Made by a program: the position numbers and the translations under genes
In this document: positions 1 to 14,261 of the stretch, piece after piece
How positions within the stretch are numbered: the stretch's first letter is position 1
Layout: each line of letters opens with the position of its first letter
Source of the DNA: Azolla caroliniana
Taxonomy: Eukaryota; Plantae; Polypodiophyta
Assembly (NCBI GenBank): GCA_043228905.1
Contig: JBHGNT010000012.1
Location: forward strand, 21,142,001 to 21,206,000
DNA length: 64,000 nucleotides
Reading direction: 5' to 3'
Notes under the pieces: generated by a model
Seen by the model: only the letters and a program-made list of their open reading frames with translations
Told to the model about the DNA's origin: nothing
The model's database searches: none

Positions 1-182
1 TTTTCAGATTTAGGCTTTTATTCACTAAATCCTAAAATATAATTTCCCAAAATAGTCAAATAAGGTTTAGAAGATGTCTCGGAAACCTAAGATCTATCCA
101 AAAGATATAATGAGGCCAATGAAATTGGCTCTAGTTGGTCAAACAAATAGGTTAAATGAGAGAAAAACCGCATAATATTTTT

Positions 183-330
183 GGCTATTTTATGAAAATA
201 CCCCTTGATTTTGAAAAGTTACCAGAATATTCCTTTCCTTGGTTTTCAATATTTGCATTATTTGTGAAGGGTATTTTGGTAAATTTTTGAAAACCAATGA
301 GGGGGGTTATTCTATGAAGCAAATACCTAA
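183..330. mobile_element. Probable Mutator-like MITE remnant in the last visible intron
   Basis: Inverted motifs aaaatacccc(tt) and aagggtattttggtaaattt resemble MULE-MITE subterminal repeats; no clear TSD. Confidence 0.35.
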
Positions 331-447
331 AATGTTTGGCAGGGCCAAGTCGGTAATTTGAATGCTTTCTTCCCAAAAAAAATTATTTTTTTCTATATTT
401 CTTTCAATAAAATCTATGATCTTTGAAAACGAGGATGGATGCCCAAC

Positions 448-3400
448 CAGATGTTTGTGCCACACTCTTCCTTTCAGCCCATTAGTATCCAAGAAAGCTC
501 TTTCCACAAGAGAAAGTCGGTCATTCAAGACCTGCGATCTCATCATTAGTTCTATCGAACTCTCCACATCCACCTTTTGCCTCAAAAACATCTGTAAAAT
601 TTATACCAAAACTTGAACTCTAATACTCTGAAAAGTATCCCTAAACTTTTAACTCACACAATGTATGAACTTTTTTTGCAATTGCATTTGTTAAGTGATT
701 CTGCAGAATACCTCTACTTCTCGTGTTGTTTGGGCTACAGAGTCCTTGAAAAGCTCAATAGATGAGAGTAGCGGTGCTACTGTAACATTCACAGTGGGTC
801 CATAGCTTGCTAGCTTTTGCTCAACTTCTTGTGTATAAGCCTAAAACCAAAACCTTTCAATGACTATTTACATGCATGGTAAGAGAAACCTTCCATGGCC
901 GTCAGTAACCAAAGTATATATTTTGAAGATGACCTTAAGCTCATCTGCATATCCTTCATAGTGAAATGGAAGAATTAAATCATCAGCTAAACGTAGTCCC
1001 ACAAGACCCCATATTGTCGAAGCTACAACAAAGCAAGAAAAGTGTTTTCACATAAGTTTATACACGTTCATAGATAGCATGCATGCATCCATCCATCCAT
1101 CCATAAGTTGCACATAATGTGCATAAACCCTATGGTACATGTACCCTACAGCCAGAAAGGTAGTTGTAAAAACCTCAATGACTATGAGGTTCTAGTAGCC
1201 GGTGGGTGGGAACTATAATGATGCATAAATGAGTACTAGACTGCATCTTATATCTGTCTATAGTCTTGGTGTGTCTCCCCATGATATCTGATTGCTTGAA
1301 TTGAGTAGAATTGCTCTCTTTTCCATGAGATATATTTTGTCGTAACGGACAATATGGTATATTATTTCCCACGAACTAGGTTCAGAAATGTTAAGCTCTC
1401 TTGAAAAGTTTCAACATGTCCTTTTACTTCTGCTCTATTGAACAGGACATTGAGCCATTTCCTTCTATTGGTTCCACACATAATAATAAATAGCATGCCC
1501 GTGTTTATAATTTTGAGTGTATAATCCATGGAACCTTCTTACCTGCGGTAATACGCTTGAATGCTGGATCACCAAACTTTTTGATCCAATCAAAACTATC
1601 ATATAAAGTGTGATATACAGGATAATCTGGCAGATAGGGTATTGAAAGTTAGTATTATAGGGTACTGAAAGAGCCTTGGAATATATACAGCACAAAATCA
1701 ATCAGCTTGACCTTTGCCAAAGTACATATCTGCAGAAGGGACCCCGATATGTTGAAGGAATGCGGTGAAGTCAGAACCACCACCACCCAACCGAGATACC
1801 TGAAGATTGTAAGAAAAGAAAAAACTGTGTAACCCATTTTATTTAGAGATTTATGTACTCCAGCTCAACCTCAAAGCACGGATAGCTTGTATATGACACA
1901 ACCCTTGCAAAATAATCACTTGAAGTTTATATGAATATTAGCAATTTATGGTCAATTATCCTTTCATTGCACTATTTTTTATGTTTTACATATTAACTTT
2001 CCCATAAACTGTACCAGCTTACTGAGACAACAATGCTTACCATTGGACCATTTTTGGATGATGCAAACCAAGTCTCATATACAGATTTCTCAAGAGTGTC
2101 CGGATCTGAGACCTAGAAACCAAAGAACCAATGTCACTCTTTCTGCTGTTTTCTTTTGTTTCAAGAGAAATAAAGCAAAGTTGCAGAGTTACTTTCATTA
2201 CTTGACGCAACCAAAATATGCTAACTAACCTCTCTTGAGACCTCTTGTAAAAGAATATCAAGTTGTGGTGTAGAAGCTGCATAAAACCCAGGCCCCGCAA
2301 CAGCACAATCAACATTGAGATAAGCAACTGCTTTCACAGAGAGCAAATCTATGTTCTGTTCAACCCACTCTGTCGAGCCAATCTACGCATCTCACAAAAT
2401 TTTCAAATGTTTTGGCTTGTAGGCTTTTTATTTTAAAGAATTCCAAAATACTCATATATGTCATTTCATTTTCCTTAAATTCTATGGTTTACTTCTCTCC
2501 TAAGAGGTATTTTATCCAATGTTGCTACTAGATTTCAATATTCCAGAATAATCCTAATTTGTCATCATCCATTACAAATTCCTGTTTTCGAAGGTAACAA
2601 ACTGTGCACCATATAGTTTAAAAGCATATTTCCCAGCTCAGTTCAGTTCCCATTATTGGGTTTTATAGTCTAAAAAGTGCATGCCAGAAAAGAGCATACC
2701 ATCCCATATTCTTCAGCATCCCAACTACAAAGAATTATAGTCCTTCTTGGCTGCCATCCGCGTCTAATTAGCTTGCCAAATCGGCGTGCGATCTGCAAAG
2801 AAAATTTCGTCATGAGCATTAAAAATTACATGAAACATAAAAAAAACAAATATATGGACACCATTCTAAAGAAGACTGGCAATCAAATACTCACCTCTAA
2901 TAGTGCTGCTGTACCACTATTAGGATCTACAGCTCCAAATGTCCATGCATCACGATGATTACCAAGCAAAACATACCTATTGATAGAAAAGTGTGCATTC
3001 CTTTTTACATTATCCACATTTCAAAGCTCAGTTCTCCAAGTGTGTGTATAGGGTCTCTGGAAAACTTGAGCCTATTTATTTATTTCCGAAGGAATATTTT
3101 TCTATCAGTGGATGTCAGTTACCATACCTGTCTGGTTCTTTGGATCCTTCAATAACCGCAAACACATTGCGTATATTTGTTAACTTTAGGCTTTCCTAAA
3201 CAAAAAGTTTTTCTTTTTGCTGAAATATGAATAGCTGTATTGAATTCGCCAAAAATAAATCAAAACTATATGTGATGCAATAAATGGCCACCTTGTAGTT
3301 GAATTTGAGCTTTACAAGCCCCTTGCCACCAATGTGATAATGAGGTATATGAAGGGAGCCATGCCACTCTGGCGGAGCTATAGGTCCATTTAATGAATTC

Positions 3401-4419
3401 ATAATAAGTATAGCATCCTCTGCAGAGATGGGTAATGAGGGGATCTTTGGAAGAGATTCAACAACATCAGCCTTTGAGAGCCTTTCTCCTGACAAAGTAC
3501 TTGGCCATCCAGGAGTCGTGGGGTCTCCTATTCTTTTAGAAACTGTACCTCTTTGAGCACCACTTGGTGGAAGCCACTTCGTATCTGGATAGAAACCGCT
3601 TTCTCCACCTTGAGAGAATTCTTCTGGATCGGAATAAATAAGAACGCCTCTTGCTCCGACACTTTCAGCATTAGAGACAACATCCCCTCGAAAAATCTCA
3701 CCATACCGTGCTATAACGATAGTTCCTCTTACATCTACTCCCAGCTGATAAAGTTTCTTGTAATCCTCTAACCGTCCGTAGTTGACATAAACAATATCCG
3801 CAGTCACATTCCCTGAAGGTGCATAAGCATGGAATGGAGGAATTGCACCTGTATGTGTATTGTTCATCTCCCCTAGTGTGGGTATTTCCCTAAGAGATAA
3901 ATTTAATACTGATCCATTCTGAAACATCAATGTTACAGATCTATCTTCTGGATAAGATAGAAGAACACTAAAATCTTTGTAATGAGTTTTCAGGCCGTAC
4001 TCTTCAAAGACTTTTCGGACATAGGTTGCTGTAGCCATATCCTCATCTGAACCAGCAACATGAGGCAATCTAGTGAGCTTCTCTAAATGCTCCGCCGCCA
4101 GTGAGTGTGTCGCTTTCTTTACAAAATAGTGATGGTATTCAAACCTTCGTTCGTCTCTTTCATGCCTAGTAGACCATCCGGTCAATCTGAAGCTGACAAG
4201 GGAGATGCAAAACCCAATGAAGAAAGCTGCAACAATGATGAAGGTGCTACTAAAACAAGCTCTCAGGAGGCCGATGTGGCATCGGTTGAGGCGAGAAAGC
4301 AAAGGAGAACCACCTTCAATATCCATGTGTAATATATGCTGAGCTAAAGGAGATCTTGGAGAGCCATCTGGGGTTGTAAGGGCAACTGTCTCATGCTTTG
4401 CACAATTGTTAGCATCCAT
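448..4419 (-). CDS. AMP1: Glutamate carboxypeptidase II (peptidase M28, AMP1/LAMP1 family), multi-exon, 3' end outside window
   Basis: GT-AG exons read by eye: 4419-3292, 3195-3128, 2976-2895, 2792-2700, 2382-2230, 2112-2041, 1799-1712, 1626-1543, 1022-934, 840-712, 591-448. N-terminal TM helix, PA domain (VYVNYGR..DY, IVIARYG), [10 protein letters not shown], zinc/catalytic motifs [39 protein letters not shown], then the dimerisation region [16 protein letters not shown]1 versus LAMP1 orthology cannot be resolved here. Confidence 0.93.
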
Positions 4420-4789
4420 GAAGCCTAGCTCTTCCCTTTAACGAAAACCTTGGGCTCACTTCTTGTACATAACTTTTCTTTGTATTGAGTTTCACTTACT
4501 TCTCTTACAAGCCCTTTCTTTAGATGGATCTTCACAATTTTCTTTCTTTGGGTTTGGTCTTCTTTCACAATGCGTTCTTTGTAATATGGATCTTACTCCA
4601 TTCACATGAAACAATACTTTTCTATGAATGTACCCTTTAATGATAATCTCACTGTTTCTTTCTGTTTAGACTCATCAACATTGACATATGAGGGAAATAC
4701 TCTGAACCCTTTGAGCAATGAAACCTCCAAAACATGCGTGGATAAACCCTATATACACAGAATACCAGCTTCTCATAAGGAACTCACAA

Positions 4790-5630
4790 GCAATCCTATT
4801 GCAATAGAACAAGAGTGTGTAATAAAATCATCCACAATTCTGTCACATCATACACATACAAAATACATAGGGCATGTGCATAAATATTTGTGCATGATAC
4901 ATAGGACATGTACATGTACTACAGGGCATGTGCATGTATTACAAGGCATGTACATATATGTGATGCTTAGGACATGTGCATGTATTACATTATCAATTAG
5001 ACGGATCTTACAAACAATCTTATTGTAAACAAGAGCACGTAATCGGATCAAGCACAACCAATTTTATTGCATGGTACCCATACGTAGTAGTACATAAGAG
5101 CAAAAACATGGCTTGTGCAGACATAATGCCCATAACATACAGATCATGTGCATACATAATACACATCACATTCATAAATACATAGATCATATGCATACAG
5201 AATACTTATCATACATACACAGGGCATGTGAATACATAATATCCTTAAATATATAGGTCATGTGCATCCATACTGACTATAATGCATTGGGACGATCAAT
5301 ATATACTAACCATGATACATTGGGCATGTGCATGTATTAGAAAAAATTTCACAACCAATTCTCAGAAAAGTGTGTAAGAAGATTACCCACAACCACAACT
5401 AATTCTACTACATAGTATATAGGGCATGCGCATGACACATGGGCGTGCAGATGATACACAGAGCATGTGCGCATATAATGTGCATGAAACACAGGTCAGA
5501 TACATAGAATCTCAAAACACACGTGCAAAATGTGCAGATAAAGGACCAATTCTATTACGAACAAGAGTGTGAATAAGAGGACCCACAACCAATTATATTA
5601 CACAATGCCCTTTACATAGGGTATGTGCAT
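4790..5630. repeat. Degenerate tandem repeat (~200-330 bp units) upstream of the carboxypeptidase gene
   Basis: The block aacaagagtgtg..aa..cacaacc(a)att recurs at about 4808, 5027, 5365 and 5560, separated by many (a/t)gggcatgtgca copies. Confidence 0.6.
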
Positions 5631-5999
5631 ATATATATATATATATATCTGAATCTATATGCCAATACCGTATATTACCCACATTTTCTCTGTATTGCAG
5701 AAGAATTATGGTTGCCTTTTTCCAGCACAAGGGATTGCTTCATCAAATGCAGTAACAGAGATAAACCCACAAAATTTCGAGATTGAATTCAAGTGATGGG
5801 CTCATGTTAGATTACCTTAATTTTCAATCAAATTCGGGTGATGGGTTGATTTGTGCTGCTCACACATTGGCACTTCTCTGCTACATTTTGGGAGGCTTAA
5901 CCTAACCATGGTTACAGAGCTAGCCACAGGGATGATGTGGTTTGAAACTTTGTATGGTAGTGGAGAAGGTTAGCTTGATTATGGATATATTTTAACTCT

Positions 6000-6700
6000 T
6001 GGAGTGCTCCACTCCACTGTGTCTCGCATCAATCCATGTACATATTGCTTTCCATGTATGTAGATAGATGCCATGAGCATGGGAATGGAATGGAATGGAA
6101 TGACATGTCTTTTCCTTCATAGAATATTTGCTTTGTTTGTAGCTTTCTCAATGTTTCTTTCTGGACCCCCCACCCTCGGATAGATATCTGTCGGGAAGCC
6201 ATACGCAAATCCGCTCGATCGATCCACACTCATCTTGCTCTGAAAGTGACACGGTTTGTCTCCATAACCTACTTCCTCTTGTTTGTCACTATAGTCTATA
6301 TAATTCCAATGGCCAATTGTCAACATATCTCAACAAATGCCATCGGAAGCACATTCCACTTCGACACATAACCTTCTAAGAGTCTCAATATGACCTACTT
6401 GCCAACACATCAATGCCCATGTGACTTAACATAAGGGAAGGGGGGGGGGGGGGGGGGGGGAGGATAACCAATCATAGAATAGACATTAGGTCTCGGGTTT
6501 CATGCACAATAGTCATATGATTTCTGACTTTTCTGGAAGCTTTGGAGACAATGTACCTCGTGCAGGTCAAGAGCATCCTCTCGCTCAAAACACAATGGCG
6601 AACTGATTGATGTAGGCCACAATATCACAACCCTAACAATTTTGCTTATTACACTCACTTTGGAAGTGTTGGCTCTCACATGAGCTTTTGTTATTAACAC
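6000..6700 (-). pseudogene. Highly degraded L1-type LINE 3' remnant
   Basis: Fragmentary W/C-rich minus-strand translations resemble an L1 ORF2 C-terminus; many stops; includes a G-homopolymer at about 6440-6460. Confidence 0.3.
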
Positions 6701-7778
6701 AACATTTGTTTATTCGAAATTTAATAGATGTCATAGATTATAGTGTTGCAACAATTTTATCGCTACACAATGTCTTATGCGTAACAGGTATACATCATAC
6801 ATAGCGTGCGTGTCCATAGTTTTGTAATTATATAATCTAAGTAAGTGATGATATTGTGACAAAACTAAACATGTGCAAATATTTATGTTTTCTTCACTTT
6901 AAAAGTGGCTATCGTCCCATGCTCTTTTTATCCCAAATATACATATTATTCTATGGCTTTACAACATCATACTAAATATAGTTGCCGGCTAATGCTATCT
7001 TTACCTCATTATCAAATAAATGGGTTCATGGGCTTTCTTACTATAGTTCCACAATAAATCATAAAAGTACCTTCTTAATCCTTTGTATATCTTTTGGCAC
7101 GTGAATTGCGACTTATGCTTGCTTTTATTAGTGGGAGGGAGTTTTTTGAAAGATAGACATTGCAATTTAGATTCTCCCTTTTAAAATGTTACAGGAATAT
7201 CGGTCTATAAAATCAAACTCGTGCTTGTAAGGTTACATCCGGATAAAACGAGGTCAAACTAGGCTCCATATGCTTGCTCAATATGATTATTAAGAGGTGA
7301 AAGAAAGAGTGGGAAATGTTTCAAAAATGGTGGGAGTCATCACACCGGAGAAATGAGAAGAAGAGACGAAGGGCAAGTTAGAAGTACAAATAACATACAA
7401 GTACAAATAACTAAATGATTGAAATCATTACGTAGATATTCAGACACGACAAAGAAAGTGGATTTCGACATCCCTATTTTTCATTAAGAAAGATAGCACC
7501 ACCACTTGATGGGACTATAGTCCACCCTTTGATCAAAGAATCGTTAATGATTATCTTATTATTCTATACATCGTAAATACACTCTCGTATAATAAAATTC
7601 GATACCTTTTTTGTATATTCTAGAGGCATCAATTGAGTCTTTCAATACCTTGTGTATGTATCCAAACAATGGAAATTTATGTATGTTGTTAAAGGTCAAT
7701 AGTGCAGAGAGATTTGTTGCACTTATGTTCAATTATGAACTTAGTATAGGCTCAATAATTATCTAATTTGGTCGTATG

Positions 7779-7779
<1 letters not shown>

Positions 7780-7859
<80 letters not shown>

Positions 7860-7978
7860 GATACACCAAGATAGGATAGATAGGTAGAGGAGACTAAGAA
7901 GTGTTGTAACACTCGATTTTACATACAATTAATATAATTGTGTGCTTTTACCAAAAGAGAGAGAGAGAGAGAGAGAGA
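7780..7978. repeat. Compound (GT)n(GA)n microsatellite and a second (GA)n tract, both followed by attggatacac
   Basis: Directly visible; gagagattggatacac occurs at about 7851 and 7973. Confidence 0.9.
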
Positions 7979-9427
7979 TTGGATACACAAACAATTACGT
8001 TATTGGTAAATACGTTGTTGATAAAATGATCATAGATGTTCTTAATTATGTGTTCTCGACATGGTTGAAAATAAGGCATAGAGTTTTCTCATAACTTTCC
8101 AATGCGAAGAATTGGATACTCATATTCCCTCCTTTCTTCTTGTTTTCATGCACATGTGATGATACCAATATACGCCTCTATTAATCCCGAATTCATAGGT
8201 AGGAAATCTCAAATCTCTATATTTTTTCTAACCTTGAAAATGATTTCAAAACAATGTTCGATTGCCTTTGATACGGAGATGTGTTTCCAAGCATTAAATG
8301 ACCCTCAAAATGCTTTTGCACAAAGAAAATCTTTTAACTAAATTGAGAATATTGAATGTCCCTAACTTTGCATAATTTTTAAGGGGTGAGAGACGACATG
8401 ACTTAGAAATTCAAGATTTACTGAATCTCCTCCCTAAAGCACAAATTATGCTATTTCGAAACTTCTGTAATTACTTGATTTCTTCATTCTAGCTCTACCT
8501 CTTCAATGTAAGGAATTTTCTCTTTTATTGATTCGTTGTCAAGGCAAAGAAAGAAAACAAAGTCTTCGCCTTGTTTTGTTTCTTTTCGAAACTCAAGATT
8601 TGATTATAATCAAATAGATGGAATTGTGTGAATTTGAACTTTTTTTTGTGTAGTTCCTCTACAATCAAACTTAACCTTATCACATGGCATGATAATGCTT
8701 GATCAATCAATGTAAGCGCCATTGTGGTTAACTATATTAAACTTCTAACTTCAAGACGGATCATGAAGATTGTGGCATTAAAGCCAAAAGGAAAGTGTCG
8801 CTTAGCTTTGGAGATTATGGCAAGAAGATGATAATGCTTTCTTGCATGATCTTGGTGGAAGACATCATTTCTTGTTCATAATTTATTGAATTGTGACAAT
8901 ATTCAATTTCAAGGAGAGAACGGAGAGCATGATTACCATAATTGTATTGTTTAGGAGAAAGCTTGAAATGCATGTCCAAAGAATAAAGAACGTGTATGAA
9001 GAACTATATGGCTTACATATGAAGCAATGGGTCGAATCAGTACTTAAAGGCCTCTCTTTAGACGAACAATTGTAATTGTATGATGAAGAAATATTCTAGG
9101 TGGGACAACATAATCTTGTATCTTGGATATAACGACGTTACAAGGAATTAAAGAATGGCTTGACATTATAGCTCAATATTTGTTCAATGAGCGTGTAGCT
9201 AATGTTAGAAAATATTACTTAGCTTTTTTACACTGCTTCATGTTGTGCGAATAGTCTCAATGCTAATGAACTAGAATTAACCTTTATATGAATAATCATA
9301 TGTTACCATGAAAAAATCTTGTGCCCAACACTATAGTGAATGATAAATATTCATACAATGTCAAAATGTTACTTCTAGGTAATATTAATAGCACCCCTTG
9401 TATTTTCCTCTTTCAAACTTAGGTAAA

Positions 9428-9428
<1 letters not shown>

Positions 9429-9471
<43 letters not shown>
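9429..9471. repeat. (TG)n microsatellite
   Basis: Directly visible. Confidence 0.95.
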
Positions 9472-9474
<3 letters not shown>

Positions 9475-10461
9475 CATGACAAGATTGATTCATATATAAT
9501 TAAGCTAAGATTAGACATTGATGCAACATGGAATTATTCTAGTCCTTACCGATGCGCCATCCATGTGTAGTATAAAAATAATATTTTGTCCTCGCTACTT
9601 AACAAATCCCTAACTCATATGTGATTAATTTATATGAGCAGACATTATCGAGACTTAAGTGGATGGATTAATGTATTTGGTTTCATAAAATTGAAGCGAT
9701 TGCCTCTTCTTTACATATTTATAATAATAAAAAACAATGGTAGTGGAGTAATGCTACTACCCCTTCCTTTAAAATACAAGGGGCATTGATATCTTCATAC
9801 TTTTTTATTAGGTCCATATGTTGTGCTCTTTTGCTAAAGTTATGTACATTAATAATAAGTGCGCTTGACTGTTTGAAGTTTCAGTATCATTGACATTTTT
9901 CATTCACTACGAATAATCATAATAATTGGAACTAATAGCAAACATGCTAGTTTGACATATAGCTGATGCACTCTAAATGTTTAGTGAAATCACACGCGCA
10001 TTTTCTAGAGATTCTCGGCTTGTACAGTGTGTTATAACTTTCACGGAATATATAGCTCTTTCTTGACTCTCTGTCTCACGTTCTGGTGACATATCTTGTA
10101 AGTGTGTTATAACTTTTGAAGAATTTCTCTTTAGCCGAAGTGTATGTTTCTCACATTTGTTGGAATGTCATTTCTGAATGTTTTCTTGTTGCATACTTGT
10201 CGAAACTTTAACGAATATATATATTTATCTATGTCTCTCGGTTGTTAGTCTCACGCAAACATTTATCTTGTAGGTGTGTCATATATCTTTTATCGTGTAA
10301 CTATGCCTCAAGGCTCACACCTAGTTGCACAATCCACTTATCAACAATGCATCATTACTCGAATCCACATTCGTTAATTTCATGACATTGTGTGGTAAAA
10401 AACACAAGTCTCCCACAAAATCATGGATTAAGACGATCTCTCTCTCTCTCTCTCTCTCTCT

Positions 10462-13400
10462 AAAGAAGGAAATGTAGGCAAATAGGGACACGTGATCTAT
10501 GAGACTAACCCACGCCTTTTACGACTATGCTTTTGGAATTGCAATGGATACCCATGGAATGCGGGATTTGGCATAGAGGAGTTCACCGATGACTCGGATA
10601 TCACACTTCTTGTTGAAACATGGGAGCATGATACTCAAAGGATTCAAGGTTTAGGAAACTATAATGTACACTCTTTGATATGGAAAAAAAATCCAAGACA
10701 AAGAAGAGGACAAGGAGGGGTGGCATGTTTGATTAAGAAGGAAATAGAGAAATATGTGTCAATCATAAAAAATGATGAAAAAAAATGCTACATATGGCTC
10801 AAAATAGAAACACCTAATGATTTGCCCACTTTTGTAGTTGGATGTTACATTCCTCATCAAGATTCTAACTTTTATGCTTGTTTGGATAAAGATCAACCGT
10901 TTGCCAATCTAGAAGATGATATTGGTTATTTCAAATCCAACGGGGAAGTTATTGTCTTTGGTGACATGAATGCTCGTACAAGAAGTTTCCAACTTGATTC
11001 ACAAGAATCTTTCATGCCACATATCTCAAGGATGGAAGAGGATATGCAAATGTATAACCGCTCTTCTAGCGATGAAAAAGATTCGAACCAATTTGGGAAG
11101 TTACTTCTACAAATGTGCAATAGTACCGGATTGCTTATTGCAAATGGTATTTCCTTATGGCCCAACACTAATGGTTTTACATGTAGAAAACACAACGGAA
11201 ATAGTGTGATTGACTATGTGCTACTTTCTGAAGGTATTTTGGATCATATACATAAATTCTCACTTGGTGAATGGACACCGGAATCCGATCATAGGCCTTT
11301 ATGTATTGATCTCAAATGTATGCATAGGTTTGGTTGTGAGAAGGCTATTGAAGATAATAAACAACCGCACTTGAGCATGAACCTTAAGCGAGCACCCATG
11401 TATTCCAAGATAGTTGAGGATATGTTACAAATGACAAAGATACAACATGGTGCCACACTAGAATGCAAATGGGAAGCTTTCAAGAAAGTCATTCTCTCAT
11501 GTACAAACAAATGTTTTTCGACCAACCGCACATCTTGGAAGTGCACCAAGAAACTTAGGAAAAAATGGTTTGATAAAGAATGTCGTGAAGCTCGAAAGTG
11601 CCTTATGGTTTTGGATGTAGTTAAGGATAAAGAGAATTACCAAAAGCATTTGCATGAGTATAAAAGGCTTATTCAAAGAAAGAGAAGAATATGGGAAGTT
11701 ACTCAACAATTTATCCAAACGCAAGAGAAAGCACATGCATGTGCTAAAATTTGGGGAAATCTAAAGGGAAAACGTGTTGAGAGTTATGGTGACTTAACTC
11801 TTCACGACTTGTCTATGCATTGTAAGAATTTATATGAGTTATCTCTTGCCGGAAAGATGATGTGTTATGGTTCTCTTTCACATATGCCTCCCTTCTTTAC
11901 AATTGAAGATATATGCATAGGACTTAAGAAATTGGCCTCTCGTAAGGCAAGCGATCTTCAATGTATAAAGGCCGAAATGCTCAAATGGACGGGAAAGGAA
12001 GCACATATATGGATAAGCGATATGTTTAATGATGCATTGCAACATGGTATGCCGTACGATTGGACTACAAATTGGATCAAACCTTTACATAAAGGTGGAG
12101 ATATAAATAATGTAAACAACTATCGAACCATCATGGTTGGCTCATTAATGGCAAAACTATTTGGATGTATAATGGAATCAAAGATAAGTGTATGGGCTGA
12201 AAAAAGTGGTAAGAGAGCTTATGGACAAGCTGGCTTTCGGAAACACCATAGCACCATTGATCACCTTATCACCCTTCGAGTATTAATGGAGAAAAGTCGC
12301 CTTAGAGGTAAAGGTTTATATTGTTGCTTTGTAGACTTCAAGAAAGCTTTTGATATGGTACCTCGTGAGCATCTTTGGAGGCGAATGGAAGAACTTGAGG
12401 TGCCAAGTGAATATATGCTTGCAATTTCCCGAATTTATGAGAAGGTTATATGTTGTGTGCGCATGAGAGATAAACTTTCAGATTTTTTCAAAAGCACTAT
12501 TGGTGTTAAGCAAGGATGCCCACTCTCACCAACACTATTTGGTCTATGCATTGATGAATTGGAAGAAATGGTTACCAAGTTTGCAAAGGAAGAATGTGTT
12601 GAAGAAGTTGCCATTGGGAATGTTGTAATTATGCTTTTGCTATATGCAGATGATGTAGTGCTTTTTGCAAATACTTTAGGAGATGCACAAAAGCTTATGA
12701 AGGCATTGGAAAAAATTTGCATGCATACTAAATTAAGTGTCAATAGCTCTAAAACAAAGATTATGCTTGTGAAGAGCCAAAAAAGAGATAAACCATGCAT
12801 TATGTACAACAATGAGCCACTTGAATGTGTGGAAAGCTTCAAATATCTTGGCCTTGAAGTTCCTTCAAATCATAGATGGAATGAATGTGCTACACGCCGC
12901 TTAGAGGCGGGCAAGCGAGCATATTATGCATTTGAGAACACATGCAATCTTGGAGATATTAAGTGTTGGGTCCTCAAGAAATATCTTTTCGACACTTTGG
13001 TGACACCGGTTCTTCTCTATGGGGTGGAAGTATGGGGCGGTAGTATCTGTAAATCTATGTGGAAAGAGTTTGAAAATGTTCAAAAGCATTTTCTTACCAA
13101 GTTTCTACAAGTTAAGAAACAAACGCCCTACACCCTCCTCCTCCTTGAGACAGGATCGCTTCCCATTGAGATCATGGCCATGGAAAGGGTTGTTGAATAC
13201 ATGCTTAAGGTTCAAAAAAGCCCCTCACATCGACTTCCTAGAATTGCGTGGGAAGCAAGCAAAAAGATCCAAAAGACGCATAAAAGCAAAATTTTGTGTT
13301 CCGGTTGGATGCAAGATATAGAAAAATGGTTTGGTAGATGGGATGCGAGACACTTGCTTCATGATGCATCATTAGATTCCTCTGTAAATGAGGCATTTTT

Positions 13401-13917
13401 GCAATGCCAATGTATCATGACATGGGACAAATGTGGAGGCTCACGCTTCACACATTATACTACACATGTTGCACCTAACTACAAGGAACGGGGAAATCGT
13501 ACACATCCATACATGTTAGAGCCCATACCGTTATCTGCCATTTGAACCATTGCTTCCATGAGACTTAGCTCACATGCATTGCGATGTGAAACAGGGTGTT
13601 GGGGTACAATTGATGAGAGTGGTCGGCTATGCACACTTTGCCCTAAACAAGTTCGCGAGTCTGAGTATCACACTTTGATACAATGCTCTGCCTTTGATCA
13701 TATTCGACCATGCTTTCCACATCTCTTCGATCGAGCCCAATCTTTGCATGAATTCCTCTCACAACCACAATGTGCACTCTTGATTGCAACATTCATTGGT
13801 AAAGTTCTTGAACATCGAGAGTCACTACTCACTTTCACACGTATCACGTGAAATGTAATATTTTTGGTCTCATAGGTCACCTCCGAAGACGATAATATAA
13901 TCTATCTATCTATCTAT
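10462..13917 (+). mobile_element. RTE-X-like LINE retrotransposon (ORF2 only) with (TCTA)n tail
   Basis: APE+RT ORF, short 3' UTR and (TCTA)4 tail at 13901-13917; (TC)n on both flanks. The C-terminal RLSSHxLxxETGxW...CxxC...ExHxLxxC motif is characteristic of RTE-X-type ORF2. Confidence 0.88.
10492..13851 (+). CDS. LINE ORF2: APE endonuclease, reverse transcriptase and C-terminal Cys/His domain; one in-frame premature stop
   Basis: WNCNG, LVETW, GDMNAR, IDYVL, SDHRP (APE); NNYRTI, QAGFR, FVDFKKAFD, GVKQGCPLSP, LYADD, FKYLG (RT). TGA at 13543-13545 is in frame with the 13558-13851 continuation. Confidence 0.9.
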
Positions 13918-14261
13918 CTCTCTCTCTCACACACACACACACGTGCACACACACATTGTATATGCAACACCTCCCGTTGAACATATTGTCTTTCTTAAAC
14001 CACAAACACATAGTCATAGTTTTTTTAAATAAATTGTCAAACCCTAACCTAATTATCTATCTCTACGGATACCATATTTAAGAACATACATTGAGTCTCG
14101 ACGATAAAAAAGGTGATGGATCGTTTATGGGTTTTGAAATGTACCAAAACATATTGTGGACATGGACTCAAAGATGTTGAAATTTGGATGCGCTAACAAA
14201 TTTAAGGAGAAGTGAAGCATGTAGGCATCAAGAAAAAATAGATTTATTAATAACTAAGAGA

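Noticed and set aside
4606-5185. ORFs of 69-140 aa upstream of the carboxypeptidase gene
   Set aside because: They derive from the CATGTG-rich repeat and show no protein family features.
10020-10290. Short degenerate repeats (tgttataacttt...gtctcacg) as the LINE 5' UTR
   Set aside because: Separated from the LINE by the (TC)n target; no evidence of linkage.
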